Assembly (NCBI GenBank): GCA_035550895.1
Contig: DASZOG010000163.1
Span: 1 to 54,327, forward strand
DNA length: 54,327 bases
Direction: 5' to 3'
Origin: Acidimicrobiales bacterium
GTDB taxonomy: Bacteria; Actinomycetota; Acidimicrobiia; Acidimicrobiales; Ilumatobacteraceae
The notes under the pieces were generated by a model. It made no database searches and was not told where the DNA came from. It saw only the letters and a list, made by a program, of their open reading frames with translations. The position numbers and the translations under genes are program-made. Below, one piece after another: positions 17,158 through 26,327 of the stretch (within the stretch, counting starts at the first letter, position 1; each line of letters starts with the position of its first letter).

Positions 17158-18837
17158 TTGCGCGCGACGGAGGACGATACGGCGCGGCGTTCGGGAACGT
17201 TCCGTGCGGCGCTCCGCCAGCGCAGCTACCGGCTCGTGCTCGCCGCCTACGGCATCGGCGTGGCGAGCATCGGGGCGAACGGAGTCGTCGTCGCCATCAG
17301 CCTCTACGAGCGCACGGGCTCGTCGGCCTGGGCGGGGATCAGCGCCGTGTCCGGCGTCCTCCCGTTCCTGCTGCTGTCCCCGATCGCCGGCGTCATCGTC
17401 GATCGCACCGACCCGCGGCGGATGCTCTGCATCGCGGTCGCCGGGCAGGTGGGCGTCGGCCTCGCGCTCGTCCCGACCGCCGAGCACGGCGCGCTCCCGC
17501 TGGTCGCCGGGCTCGGCTTCGTGGGTGCCTTGTTCTGGACGCTGGCCTACCCATCGACGGCGGCGCTCGTGCCGCGGACGGTCCCCACCGAGGACCTCGC
17601 CCCGGCGAACGCTCTGCTGACGACGGCGGACACGGTCGCCTGGTCCATCGGGCCCGGCCTCGCCGGGCTGCTGCTCGGAGCCCGCGGATACGTGCCCGCT
17701 GCTGTCGCGTCCGCGACCGTGGCCGGCGTCGCCGTTGCCTGCGGACTGGCCGCGCTGCGCCGGCCGTTGACCGAGCTGGTGATCGACCACGACCAACCGG
17801 AGCGCTTCCTCCAGGCGTTGCGCACCGGAGTGCGCACGATCCGCAGCTCCTCGAACATCGTCGTGCCGCTGGCACTGGTCCTCGTCGCCTACTTCGTCTA
17901 CGGCGCCGCAGAAGTGCTGCTCCTCGTCGCAGCGACCGATCTGCTCGACATGGGCCGCGGCGGCTACGGCGCGCTCACGGCCGCGCTCGGCGTCGGCTCG
18001 TTCGCCGCGGTCGCGGTGGCGAACCGCGCCGCCGCTGCGCAGCGGACGACCGCGCTGCTCGGCGCCGGAGTGCTCGCCGGCGGGTTGCCACTCGCGCTCC
18101 TCGCCGCGGTCGAGACGCCCGCCGTGGCCTTGGTGCTCGTCGCCTGCGCCGGGCTCGGCAGCGTGATCGCCGACGTGCTCATCCTGGCCACGATGCAGCG
18201 CATCGTGCCCGCCGATCAGCTGGCCAGGGTGTTCGGCATCCTCGAGGCGCTGCTCGTCGCGGCCGTGATCCTCGGTTCGACGATCTCCGCGTTGATCGTC
18301 TCCGTCGCCGGTATCCGGGCTGCGCTCGTCGTCGTCGGCTCGGTGGTCCCGATCACCGCCGTGGCGACGCTCCCGCGGCTGCTCCGCCGTGCCCCACCCG
18401 AGCTCGCCGACCTCACCGCGCTGCAGCCGGCGATCGAGCTGCTCGGCGCGCTGCCGATGCTGCGGGCCGCGAGCCGCACGAGCATCGAGGCCCTGGCGCG
18501 GACGAGCAGCCGCGACACCGTCGCCGCGGGTGTCACCGCTGTCGCCCAGGGCGACCACCCGGACGACTTCTTCGCCATCGTCCGCGGCCGGTTCGAGGTG
18601 TGGAAGACGGACGCCGCGGGGGTGACGAGCATGGTCAACGCGCTCGGCCCGGGCGACGGCTTCGGGGAGATCGGCCTCCTGCAGGGCGTCCCGCGCACGG
18701 CCTCCGTCCTCGCCACGAGCGAGGCCGAGGTGCTGCGCATCCCGGGCGCGGCGTTCCTCCACGCCGTCGGTCCGGGTGCGGTCCGCGGAGGCGTCGGCCC
18801 GGCAGCGAGTGCGGTCGACTACTTCACCGCCGGCTGA
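17158..18837 (+). CDS. MFS transporter fused to a C-terminal cyclic-nucleotide-binding domain
   Basis: 559 aa. ~12 TM MFS_3-like body (FRAALRQRSYRLVL..., SPIAGVIVDRTDPRR). C-terminal cNMP fold: ALGPGDGFGEIGLLQGVPRTASVLATSEAEVLRI. A TTG start is inferred. Confidence 0.85.
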   Translation: MRATEDDTARRSGTFRAALRQRSYRLVLAAYGIGVASIGANGVVVAISLYERTGSSAWAGISAVSGVLPFLLLSPIAGVIVDRTDPRRMLCIAVAGQVGVGLALVPTAEHGALPLVAGLGFVGALFWTLAYPSTAALVPRTVPTEDLAPANALLTTADTVAWSIGPGLAGLLLGARGYVPAAVASATVAGVAVACGLAALRRPLTELVIDHDQPERFLQALRTGVRTIRSSSNIVVPLALVLVAYFVYGAAEVLLLVAATDLLDMGRGGYGALTAALGVGSFAAVAVANRAAAAQRTTALLGAGVLAGGLPLALLAAVETPAVALVLVACAGLGSVIADVLILATMQRIVPADQLARVFGILEALLVAAVILGSTISALIVSVAGIRAALVVVGSVVPITAVATLPRLLRRAPPELADLTALQPAIELLGALPMLRAASRTSIEALARTSSRDTVAAGVTAVAQGDHPDDFFAIVRGRFEVWKTDAAGVTSMVNALGPGDGFGEIGLLQGVPRTASVLATSEAEVLRIPGAAFLHAVGPGAVRGGVGPAASAVDYFTAG

Positions 18838-19892
18838 ACGAAGCGGTACGTGGTGTAGGGCGTCGACGCCGGCGGGCCGGGGGCCAGGTGGAGGACCGGC
18901 TGGGTGCCGAGCTCCATGACGAGCGAGCCGACGGTCATCCACGGCACGTCCGCGCGGCGCGGCACGGAGACCGGCGCCGTGGAGAGGAGCGCCTGGACGT
19001 CAGCGACTCCCGCCGCTTCGTGGTCGCCGGCCAGTCGGGCGTGGAGCACGCCGTACCGGTCGTGCGTCGTCGAGCCGGCGGGCGCCTCACCGATGTGACC
19101 CTCTACCGCAAGCGGATGATTCGTGTGCAACACGCAACGCGCTGACATCGACCACTCGACGACGTCGTCCTGCCAGCACTCCAGGTCGAGGAACCCGCTG
19201 CCGTCGCCGACGACGTAGTTCTGGCCCGTCGCGTGGCGGATGGCACGCAGGAACGCTGCGGCGTCCGCCAGCGAGCGGCGCGCCAGCGCGCCCCGCACGA
19301 CGTACGCCACCGGGAGCCCGTCGGGGCTGACCGGCAACGTCGGCAGCGAGTTGCAGCACACGGCGACGCCATCCCGGTTGAGGCCGTCGAAGCCGATCAG
19401 TCCCGCAGCGCTGAACACGAACGACTCGTGCTCGCGCCGCTCGTCGACGACGTGCAGCAGCACCTGAGTGCCGTCGTACGCGGTGGGCAGGTCCATGTTC
19501 TGGGCGACGATCGGCGCCTGTCCGGGCTCGTGGACGGCGAGGCTCGAACACTGCTCGACCGGCGCTCTCCCGGACGGGGCGCCCCGCCGCTGCTCCGCGA
19601 ACCACCACTGCTCGTCCATCAGCTGGTACGCACGAATCTCCGCCGGGTCGGCGGCGGCGCCCTCGGCGATGCCCGCCACCTCCGCCGCCAGCTCTGGCGT
19701 CCACCGCTGGATCGCCTCGTCGAAGCGGGTGGCGGCGAGCAGCTCGGCGAGGAAAACGTCCACGTCCGCGCCGGCGGCCGCGGCGAGGTGCGCCCGCCAG
19801 CGGTCCAGTCCGTTCGCGATGTCGGCGCGCAGCTCCTCGCCGTGTGCTCGGCCGCGGTCGCGCGCCTCGCCGGCGACGCGGACGACCCTCAC
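18819..19892 (-). CDS. C45 family peptidase / acyl-CoA:6-APA acyltransferase-like Ntn hydrolase
   Basis: GTG 19890-19892 overlaps the transporter stop (GTGA). EQCSSLAV, APIVAQNMDL, SAAGLIGFDGLNRDGVAVCCNSL, ATGQNYVVGD and CVLHTNHP fit the C45/AAT family. The track ORF 18819..20735 over-extends. Confidence 0.75.
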   Translation of the reverse strand: MRVVRVAGEARDRGRAHGEELRADIANGLDRWRAHLAAAAGADVDVFLAELLAATRFDEAIQRWTPELAAEVAGIAEGAAADPAEIRAYQLMDEQWWFAEQRRGAPSGRAPVEQCSSLAVHEPGQAPIVAQNMDLPTAYDGTQVLLHVVDERREHESFVFSAAGLIGFDGLNRDGVAVCCNSLPTLPVSPDGLPVAYVVRGALARRSLADAAAFLRAIRHATGQNYVVGDGSGFLDLECWQDDVVEWSMSARCVLHTNHPLAVEGHIGEAPAGSTTHDRYGVLHARLAGDHEAAGVADVQALLSTAPVSVPRRADVPWMTVGSLVMELGTQPVLHLAPGPPASTPYTTYRFVQPAVK

Positions 19893-22800
19893 TCGCCCAC
19901 CCCGGAGAGATAGGCCCGTTCGATGCGCTCGAACTCGTCCCGCAGCTCGGCCGCCGGCCCAGCGAGCTCCACGCGGCCACGGCGGAGCACGATCACGTGG
20001 TCGGCGATCTCGATCGCCCGCCGCGCCTGCTGCTCGACGAGGACGACCGCCGCACCGTTGTCGGCGGCGGCGCGCAGCGTGTGCAGCAGGCGGTCGACGA
20101 CGCGCGGGGCGAGTCCGAGCGAGACCTCGTCGGCGAGCAGCAGCTCCGGATCCCGACCGAGGGCCCGGGCGAGGGTGACCATCTGCTGCTCGCCTCCGGA
20201 GACGAGCCCCGCCGGTCGGCCGAGCAGTGGTTCGAGCTCGGGGAAGAGCGCGATCGCCCGGTCCACCTCCACGCCGCCGAGGTGCAGGTTCTCGCCGACC
20301 GTCAGCGCGCGCACCGCCGAGCGCTCCTCGGGAACGAGCGCCGTGCCGGTCGCCGCCCGGCGGTGCAGCGGCAGCTCGATCCGTCGCCCGCTCCAGCGCA
20401 CCTCCCCGGCGAGCGGGCGCAGGTCGCCCGCGAGGGCGAGCAGCGTCGTGGTCTTCCCGGCGCCGTTCGCGCCGAGCAAGGCGAGGACCTCGCCCCGGTG
20501 GACCTCGAGGTCGACGCCCTGCACGGCGGGCACCCCGCGGTAGCCGGCGGCGAGGCCGCGGGCTGCAAGCAGCGGGGGGCCGGACGGGACGCTCTTCGCA
20601 CTGCCGAGCGGGATCGCCGCGGGTTCGTCCGGTTCCCCGAGGTAGGCCGTGACGACCACGGGGTCGCCGGCGACGGCAGCCGGCGCGTCCTCTGCGATCA
20701 CGCGCCCGAACTCGAGTACGGCGACGCGGTCGCACACGTCGAGCACGAGCGACACGTCGTGCTCCACGAGCAGCACGGCCAGGCCCCAGTCGTCGGCGAG
20801 GCGGCGCACGAGCCGCCCCAGCTCGGCCGTGTCCTGGTCGCCCAGGCCGGCTGCCGGTTCGTCCAGCAGGAGGACTGACGGCTCGGCGGCGACGGCGCGC
20901 GCCAGCGCGACGAGGCGGCGCCGGCCGAAGGGGAGCTCCTCCGGGCGCCGGTCGAGGTCGTCGTCCAGGCCGAATTCGCGCACCACGGCCTCCGCAGCCG
21001 CGCTCAACGGCGCCGCGCCCGGACGCACGAGGTCCGTCACGTACGCGAGCGCGTCCCGCCGGTCACCTGCGGTCCGCAGGTTCTCGCGCACCGTCATGCC
21101 ATCGAACAGCTCCAGGGTCTGGAACGTGCGCCCGACCCCGGCGGCGGCCCGGCGCCGCGGCGACCAGCGCGTCACGTCGGCGTCGTCGAGGAGAACCGCG
21201 CCGTGCTGCAGGCGGGCGAAGCCGGTGAGCGCGTCGATCAACGTCGTCTTGCCCGCCCCGTTGGGGCCGATCAGGCCGACGACCTCGCCGGGAGCGACGC
21301 GCAGCGAGACCCCGGCGAGCGCGTCGACGACACCGAAGCGGACGCGCACGTCACGCGCCTCCAACGTGCGCGGCGCGATCTCCGGACGGATCCGTGCGCC
21401 GGCCACGGCGACGCCGGGCGCGCGCCGCAGCAGCGCTCCGAGCACCGGCAACCGGCGCGGATCGACGCTCGCGAGGCCGTTCGGCAGCCACAGCAGGATC
21501 GCGATGACGACGACGCCGAGCAGCAGCTGCACGACGCGGTCGTTGTCGAGCAGGTCCCCGAACGCCGTCGGGACGAGCGCGCCCGGCGCGAGCGCGGCAC
21601 CGAGCAACGCGCCGAGAACGAAGCCGATGCCGCCGATCACGGCGTACAGCACGACGAGGATCGACTCGAAGACGGAGAACGTCGGGTAGAAGACGACCGT
21701 CGGGCGGCGGAACGCGATGAGCACGCCCCCGACCGCTGCGATCGCGGCGGCGACGGCGAACGCGTACAGCTTGGCGCCGACGACGCTGATGCCGAGGGCG
21801 GCAGCCGCCCGCTCGTTCGTCCGGACTGCGACCAGGCGCCGGCCGACCCGGCCGCGGCGGATGTTGGCCACCATCAGGCCGAGAACGACGAAGCACGACA
21901 GCGCGAGCACGGCGTACCGCTCCGGATGGCGGGTCGTGTCGAAGTCGACCCCGAACAGGTCGACCGCGCCGATCTGCGTGCCGGTGATGCCGCCCGTCCG
22001 TTGCGGGTTGTTCAGGATCAGGCTCTCGAGGACGAGCGACAGCCCGAGCGTCGCCACGGCGAGGTTCACGCCGCGCGCCCGCAGCGCGGGCAACCCGACG
22101 ACGAGGCCGACCGGGATGGTCCCGGCCACGCCGACGAGCGCCGCCAGCTCGAACGGGAGGTCGTAATTCACGACGAGTCGCGCCGCGATCCACGCGCCGG
22201 CGCCGGCCAAGGCGAACTGCGCCAGGGACAGCTGCCCGGCGTAGCCGGTGACGAGGACGAGCGAGAGCACGATGATCGCCGTTGTGGCGGTCGTCGTCGC
22301 CGCCTCCACACCGTTCGTCGGCAGTCCGAACGCGACGAGCGCGATCCCGATCGCCACGAGCGCGATGACCAGACGACCGCGGACGCGGCCGGTGCCGACC
22401 TGGGGCGGGCGCTCCGCCGCCTCGCTGCGCAGCGGGAGCGCCCGGCCGCGCACCATCAGCACGCCGATGATGACGAGGAACGGGACCGCCCGTCCCCACC
22501 CCTGCAGCGCGGCGGGATCGTCGACCTTCGTCTGGAGGAACGCCACCTCGGACTCGAGCACGCCGATCAGCACACCACCGGCGAGCGTGAGGGGGTACGA
22601 GCGGAACCCGCCGACGAGCGCCGCGGCAAGGCCGGGCACGACGAGCAGGGTGAGGTTGACGACGTTCAGGCCGCTGACGTTGACGATGAGGATCGCGGCG
22701 ACCACGGCCAGTCCTGCGCCGAGCCCCCAGTTCGCGCCCGCGACCAGGTCCGGAGAGATGCCGAGCATCGCCGGCAGGCGCGGGTTCTCCGCGACGGCCG

Positions 22801-23302
22801 TCGTGGCCAGGCCGAAGCGGGTCCTGCGGGAGAGCACCGACAGGAGCACGGTCAGCGCGACTGCGACGCCGAGGAGGATCAGCCGGTCCTCGCCGATCTC
22901 GACGTCGGGCAGCACGTCGACCGTGCCGGTCGGCAGCAGCTTGGCGACGATGCGCGGCGTGTCCCCCCACAGTTCGAGCCCCAGCGCGAGCAGCACGGTG
23001 AGCAGCGCGAGGGTGGCGATCAGCCGCGACAGTGCGGGCGCGCGGCGCAGGGGCCGCATCAGCAGCACCTGCGTGGCGACACCGAGCGCGACGCCGAGCG
23101 CCACGGCGAGCAGCCACGCGAGCGGAGTCGGCATGCCGCCGTCGCGCCAGAGGTAGAACGCGAACGCGCCGATCATGCCCATCGCGCCCTGGGCGAAGTT
23201 GAGGACGCCGGAACCGCGGTAGACGAGGACGAGGCCGAGCGCCATCAGGGCGTACACCGCCCCGGCGCCGACACCGAGGAGCGCGAACCGGATCACTCCC
23301 AT
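19889..23302 (-). CDS. branched-chain-amino-acid-type ABC importer: single-ORF fusion LivH-like + LivM-like permeases + LivG-like + LivF-like ATPases
   Basis: One uninterrupted 1137-aa frame. Residues 1-295 are LivH-like and ~305-615 LivM-like. NBD1 spans ~645-890 (GPNGAGKTT, LLLDEPAAGL, AYLGE). NBD2 spans ~910-1137 (GANGAGKTT, VSGGEQQM). No stop or frame change occurs at any junction. Confidence 0.85.
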   Translation of the reverse strand: MGVIRFALLGVGAGAVYALMALGLVLVYRGSGVLNFAQGAMGMIGAFAFYLWRDGGMPTPLAWLLAVALGVALGVATQVLLMRPLRRAPALSRLIATLALLTVLLALGLELWGDTPRIVAKLLPTGTVDVLPDVEIGEDRLILLGVAVALTVLLSVLSRRTRFGLATTAVAENPRLPAMLGISPDLVAGANWGLGAGLAVVAAILIVNVSGLNVVNLTLLVVPGLAAALVGGFRSYPLTLAGGVLIGVLESEVAFLQTKVDDPAALQGWGRAVPFLVIIGVLMVRGRALPLRSEAAERPPQVGTGRVRGRLVIALVAIGIALVAFGLPTNGVEAATTTATTAIIVLSLVLVTGYAGQLSLAQFALAGAGAWIAARLVVNYDLPFELAALVGVAGTIPVGLVVGLPALRARGVNLAVATLGLSLVLESLILNNPQRTGGITGTQIGAVDLFGVDFDTTRHPERYAVLALSCFVVLGLMVANIRRGRVGRRLVAVRTNERAAAALGISVVGAKLYAFAVAAAIAAVGGVLIAFRRPTVVFYPTFSVFESILVVLYAVIGGIGFVLGALLGAALAPGALVPTAFGDLLDNDRVVQLLLGVVVIAILLWLPNGLASVDPRRLPVLGALLRRAPGVAVAGARIRPEIAPRTLEARDVRVRFGVVDALAGVSLRVAPGEVVGLIGPNGAGKTTLIDALTGFARLQHGAVLLDDADVTRWSPRRRAAAGVGRTFQTLELFDGMTVRENLRTAGDRRDALAYVTDLVRPGAAPLSAAAEAVVREFGLDDDLDRRPEELPFGRRRLVALARAVAAEPSVLLLDEPAAGLGDQDTAELGRLVRRLADDWGLAVLLVEHDVSLVLDVCDRVAVLEFGRVIAEDAPAAVAGDPVVVTAYLGEPDEPAAIPLGSAKSVPSGPPLLAARGLAAGYRGVPAVQGVDLEVHRGEVLALLGANGAGKTTTLLALAGDLRPLAGEVRWSGRRIELPLHRRAATGTALVPEERSAVRALTVGENLHLGGVEVDRAIALFPELEPLLGRPAGLVSGGEQQMVTLARALGRDPELLLADEVSLGLAPRVVDRLLHTLRAAADNGAAVVLVEQQARRAIEIADHVIVLRRGRVELAGPAAELRDEFERIERAYLSGVGE

Positions 23303-23387
23303 GCCGTCACCGCCCGCGATGTTGGTTCACGCCGGCAGCGTCAGCGGCGAGTGAGCGAGCGGAGCGAGCTCCATGTCACGGTTCGTG

Positions 23388-23408
23388 GTCCGCCGCGCAG
23401 CGGCGGAC
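23388..23408 (-). other. intercistronic stem-loop between the SBP gene and the transporter gene
   Basis: GTCCGCCGC-gca-GCGGCGGAC forms a perfect 9-bp stem with a 3-nt loop. It lies inside the 178-nt SBP-to-permease spacer. No U-tract follows. Confidence 0.5.
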
Positions 23409-23480
23409 GGCGCACTGGTGCTTCCCGAACCGCACCATCGGAAACCTGTGGTCAACGCTGGATGGTGCACCAGTGAGCGT

Positions 23481-24785
23481 TCAGCAAGGCTCTCCGGTGA
23501 ACATGTCGATGAATCCGTCGCTCAGGGTCGTGAACTCACCGCCCTCGAGCTGCTGGTACAGCCCGCAGACGTTGAACACGCGCGGCGTCAGCTCGACCTT
23601 CGGCTCCGTGAACTGCACCGGCGGGAGGAGGTCGACCTCGACTCCCTGCACGGTCGGCAGCGCGCCGTACAGCGCGGCCGCGGTCCGCTCCGGAAGGCCG
23701 GCGAGGACCTCGGCGACGACCTGCACCGCCGAGTACGAGTTCGTCCGGAACCCGCTCAGCTCGTCGAACCCGGCAGCCTCCATCGCCGCGACGTATGTCT
23801 CCCACGCTTCCGGGTTCGTCGTCTCGTTGTGGAAGAACCCCGTCACGTAGATCCCGTCGGAGAGATCGCCGAGCGCCTCGACCACTGCGGCGAACTCGGT
23901 GGTCGTCGCCGAGATCGGGATGTCCGGGTTGGTCTGGCGGAGCTGAACGATGAAGTTCGTCGCGTCCTGACCGGTCAGGCCGACGAGCACGCCGTTCGTG
24001 CCCCCTTCGAGGACGGAGGCGACGTAGGGCGCCATGTCAGGCGCGCCGACCGGGATGCTCACGTCCTTGTTCACCGCCATCCCACCGCGGGCCAGGCTCT
24101 GGTTGGCGAAGATGCCGATGGCGGCCGCGGCCGCGAGCTCGATGCGGGCGAGGCTGATCGTCGTCGCCCCGCCCTGGGAGACCAGCACGTCGGCCAGCCC
24201 CGCGGAGGCGCTGACGATGCCGCCGTACAGCGGGTAGGACGCGGCCGAGGTGAAGTCGGCGGCAGCGGCCGGGACGTTGCCGACCACCGGGATCTGCGCC
24301 GCCTCGAGCACCGGGAAGTACTCGCCGGCGTTGGCGCTGACCGGCCCGACGGCGGCGACGACGCCCTCGCTCACGGCCTGCTCGCCGCAGGCCCGAGCCT
24401 GGTTCGGGTCGTTCGCCAGGTCGCACTGGAGGATCTCGACCGGCGAGCCGTCGATGCCGCCGGCCGCGTTGAGCGCCTCCGCGGCGGCGATCGCGCCCTC
24501 GGGCACCTCCGGCGTGGCAACGGCGCCGGAGCCCTCGTACAGCACCATGATCTTGACCGGGTCGCCGGTCAGTTCGACGGCGGTCGTCTCCGGTGCGGCG
24601 GTGGTGTCCGGCGCAGCCGTCGTCTCTGCGCTCGCGGTGGTGTCCGGCGCAGCCGTCGTGCCGGACGTCGCCGCGGTGGTGGTGTCCGCCGCTTCGCCGC
24701 CGTCGTCGTCGTCGCCGCAGGCGACGAGCGCGAGCGAGAGCGCGGTGACGAGCGCGAGCGAGATCGGTGCAGGACGTCGGAACAT
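23481..24785 (-). CDS. ABC transporter substrate-binding lipoprotein (LivJ/K-like, type 1 periplasmic binding fold)
   Basis: Trimmed to Met19 (GGGGGAG lies 6 nt upstream). Signal plus lipobox: MFRRPAPISLALVTALSLALVAC. A Thr/Ala/Pro linker follows, then VKIMVLYEGSG...GIDGSPVEI. Confidence 0.85.
   Translation of the reverse strand: MFRRPAPISLALVTALSLALVACGDDDDGGEAADTTTAATSGTTAAPDTTASAETTAAPDTTAAPETTAVELTGDPVKIMVLYEGSGAVATPEVPEGAIAAAEALNAAGGIDGSPVEILQCDLANDPNQARACGEQAVSEGVVAAVGPVSANAGEYFPVLEAAQIPVVGNVPAAAADFTSAASYPLYGGIVSASAGLADVLVSQGGATTISLARIELAAAAAIGIFANQSLARGGMAVNKDVSIPVGAPDMAPYVASVLEGGTNGVLVGLTGQDATNFIVQLRQTNPDIPISATTTEFAAVVEALGDLSDGIYVTGFFHNETTNPEAWETYVAAMEAAGFDELSGFRTNSYSAVQVVAEVLAGLPERTAAALYGALPTVQGVEVDLLPPVQFTEPKVELTPRVFNVCGLYQQLEGGEFTTLSDGFIDMFTGEPC
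24581..24691 (-). repeat. 36-nt coding tandem repeat (about 3 copies) encoding TTAAPDTTA(S/A)(A/P)E units
   Basis: The 26-nt string gcggtggtgtccggcgcagccgtcgt occurs exactly at 24599-24624 and 24635-24660, with degenerate flanking copies. Confidence 0.85.
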
Positions 24786-24828
24786 GTGCATCTCCCCCAG
24801 GGCACCGCCTCGTGTCGGTCCGCCTCGA

Positions 24829-24856
24829 ATGCTAGGCACGGTTCACACATTGTCAA
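24829..24856 (-). promoter_or_regulatory. strong sigma-A-type promoter for the SBP / Liv-fusion / C45 operon (TTGACA-N16-TAGCAT)
   Basis: The minus strand reads TTGACA (24856-24851), a 16-nt spacer atgtgtgaaccgtgcc, then TAGCAT (24834-24829). It lies ~40 nt upstream of the SBP start. Confidence 0.6.
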
Positions 24857-24920
24857 GCGCTTCCGGAGTACCGGCGCGCACGGCCGCTAGTGTCCCGCGG
24901 ACGAGGTGCAGGAGGGCGCC

Positions 24921-26327
24921 ATGGTCACGGAGGATCTCGCGTTCGTCCCCGCCGTGGAGCAGGCCGAGCTCGTCCGACGCAAGGAGGTCACGCCCGTCGA
25001 GCTGACCGAGCTGTACCTGCGACGCATCGAACGCATCGACCCGCGCCTCGGCGCCTATCTCACCGTCGCCGGCGAGCAGGCACTGGAGACAGCCCGCGGC
25101 GCGCAGGACGCCCTGGCCGGCGGTGCCGATCCGCCTCCCTTCCATGGTGTGCCGATCTCGATCAAGGACCTCAACGACACGGCGGGCATCCGTACGACGC
25201 ACGGGACGGCGCGGTGGTCCGATCGCGTTCCCGATCGCGACGACGAGGTCGTGGCGCGCCTCCGCCGGGCCGGGTTCGTCATCCTCGGCAAGACGGTCAC
25301 GCCCGAGTTCGGCCCGCTCAACGTCAGCGAGCCGCCGGCATACCCTCCGGGGCGCAACCCGTGGGACCCGAGCCGGACGTGCGGCGGGTCGTCCGGCGGC
25401 GCGGCGTCGGCCGTCGCCGCCGCGCTGTGCCCGATCTCCCAGGGATCCGATGGGGGCGGGTCGATCCGCAACCCGGCGGCGTGGTGCGGCGTGTACGGCT
25501 TGAAGCCGTCGCGCAGCCGGGTCTCGTTCGCACCGGCCCCCGACTCGTTCTTCGCCATCAACGGCCCGATCGCGCGCACCGTCGCGGACGCGGCGGCGCT
25601 GCTCGACGTGATGGCCGGCTACGTCACGGGCGACGCGCACGTTGCCCCGCCGCCGTCGCGCCCGTTCGCCGCCGAGGCCGGCGCGGAGCAGGGGCCGTTG
25701 CGGATCGCGTTCCATCCCCACCCTGGTCTCGACGCGGCCGACGTCGCGCCCGCGTACTGCGAGGCCGTCGTTGCCACCGCCGAGTTGCTCATCGGCCTCG
25801 GCCACGAGCTCGTCGAGGCCGCGCCCCCGGCGTTCGACGAGGTGCTGCTCAACCAGGCGGCAATGATCTTCGCCGGGAACTTCGCCGCCCGCGCCCCCGA
25901 TTTGCCCGACCCGGACACGTTCGACCCGTGGAACCGGATGCTGCTCGAGATGGGCAAGGGTGTGTCGGCCGCGGACTACGTCCGCTCCCTGAACGGCCTG
26001 CAGACCAGGGCCCGTGACGTCGTCGCCTTCTTCGACGACTTCGACCTCCTGCTCACGCCGACGGTCGGCCAGCCGCCGCCGCCGATCGGGGCGCTGAAGG
26101 ACTTCGACCTGACGCGGATCCGCTTCGTCTTCGGCCTGACCCCGTTCACCAGCATGTGGAACACCACCGGGCAACCTGCCGCGTCGGTGCCCGCCGGGTT
26201 CGACGGCGAGGGGCTGCCGATCGGCGTGCAGCTCGTCGGTCGCCCCTGGGACGAGGCGACCGTGATCAGGGTCAGCGCCCAGCTCGAGGCGGCGCGCCCC
26301 TGGTCACACGTCCACCCGGAACTCTGA
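24921..26327 (+). CDS. amidase (amidase-signature family)
   Basis: ATG 24921 has AGGAGG 6 nt upstream; the track start is GTG 24906. HGVPISIKDL and the AS motif GGSSGGAASAVAAALCPISQGSDGGGSIRNPAAWCGVYGLKPS. Confidence 0.92.
   Translation: MVTEDLAFVPAVEQAELVRRKEVTPVELTELYLRRIERIDPRLGAYLTVAGEQALETARGAQDALAGGADPPPFHGVPISIKDLNDTAGIRTTHGTARWSDRVPDRDDEVVARLRRAGFVILGKTVTPEFGPLNVSEPPAYPPGRNPWDPSRTCGGSSGGAASAVAAALCPISQGSDGGGSIRNPAAWCGVYGLKPSRSRVSFAPAPDSFFAINGPIARTVADAAALLDVMAGYVTGDAHVAPPPSRPFAAEAGAEQGPLRIAFHPHPGLDAADVAPAYCEAVVATAELLIGLGHELVEAAPPAFDEVLLNQAAMIFAGNFAARAPDLPDPDTFDPWNRMLLEMGKGVSAADYVRSLNGLQTRARDVVAFFDDFDLLLTPTVGQPPPPIGALKDFDLTRIRFVFGLTPFTSMWNTTGQPAASVPAGFDGEGLPIGVQLVGRPWDEATVIRVSAQLEAARPWSHVHPEL

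Noticed and set aside
21203-23476. 757-aa plus-strand ORF, and the 588-aa minus-strand ORF 21351..23117
   Set aside because: They are antisense or out of frame relative to the Liv fusion gene. Composition is Arg/Asp/Glu/Pro-rich with no domains.
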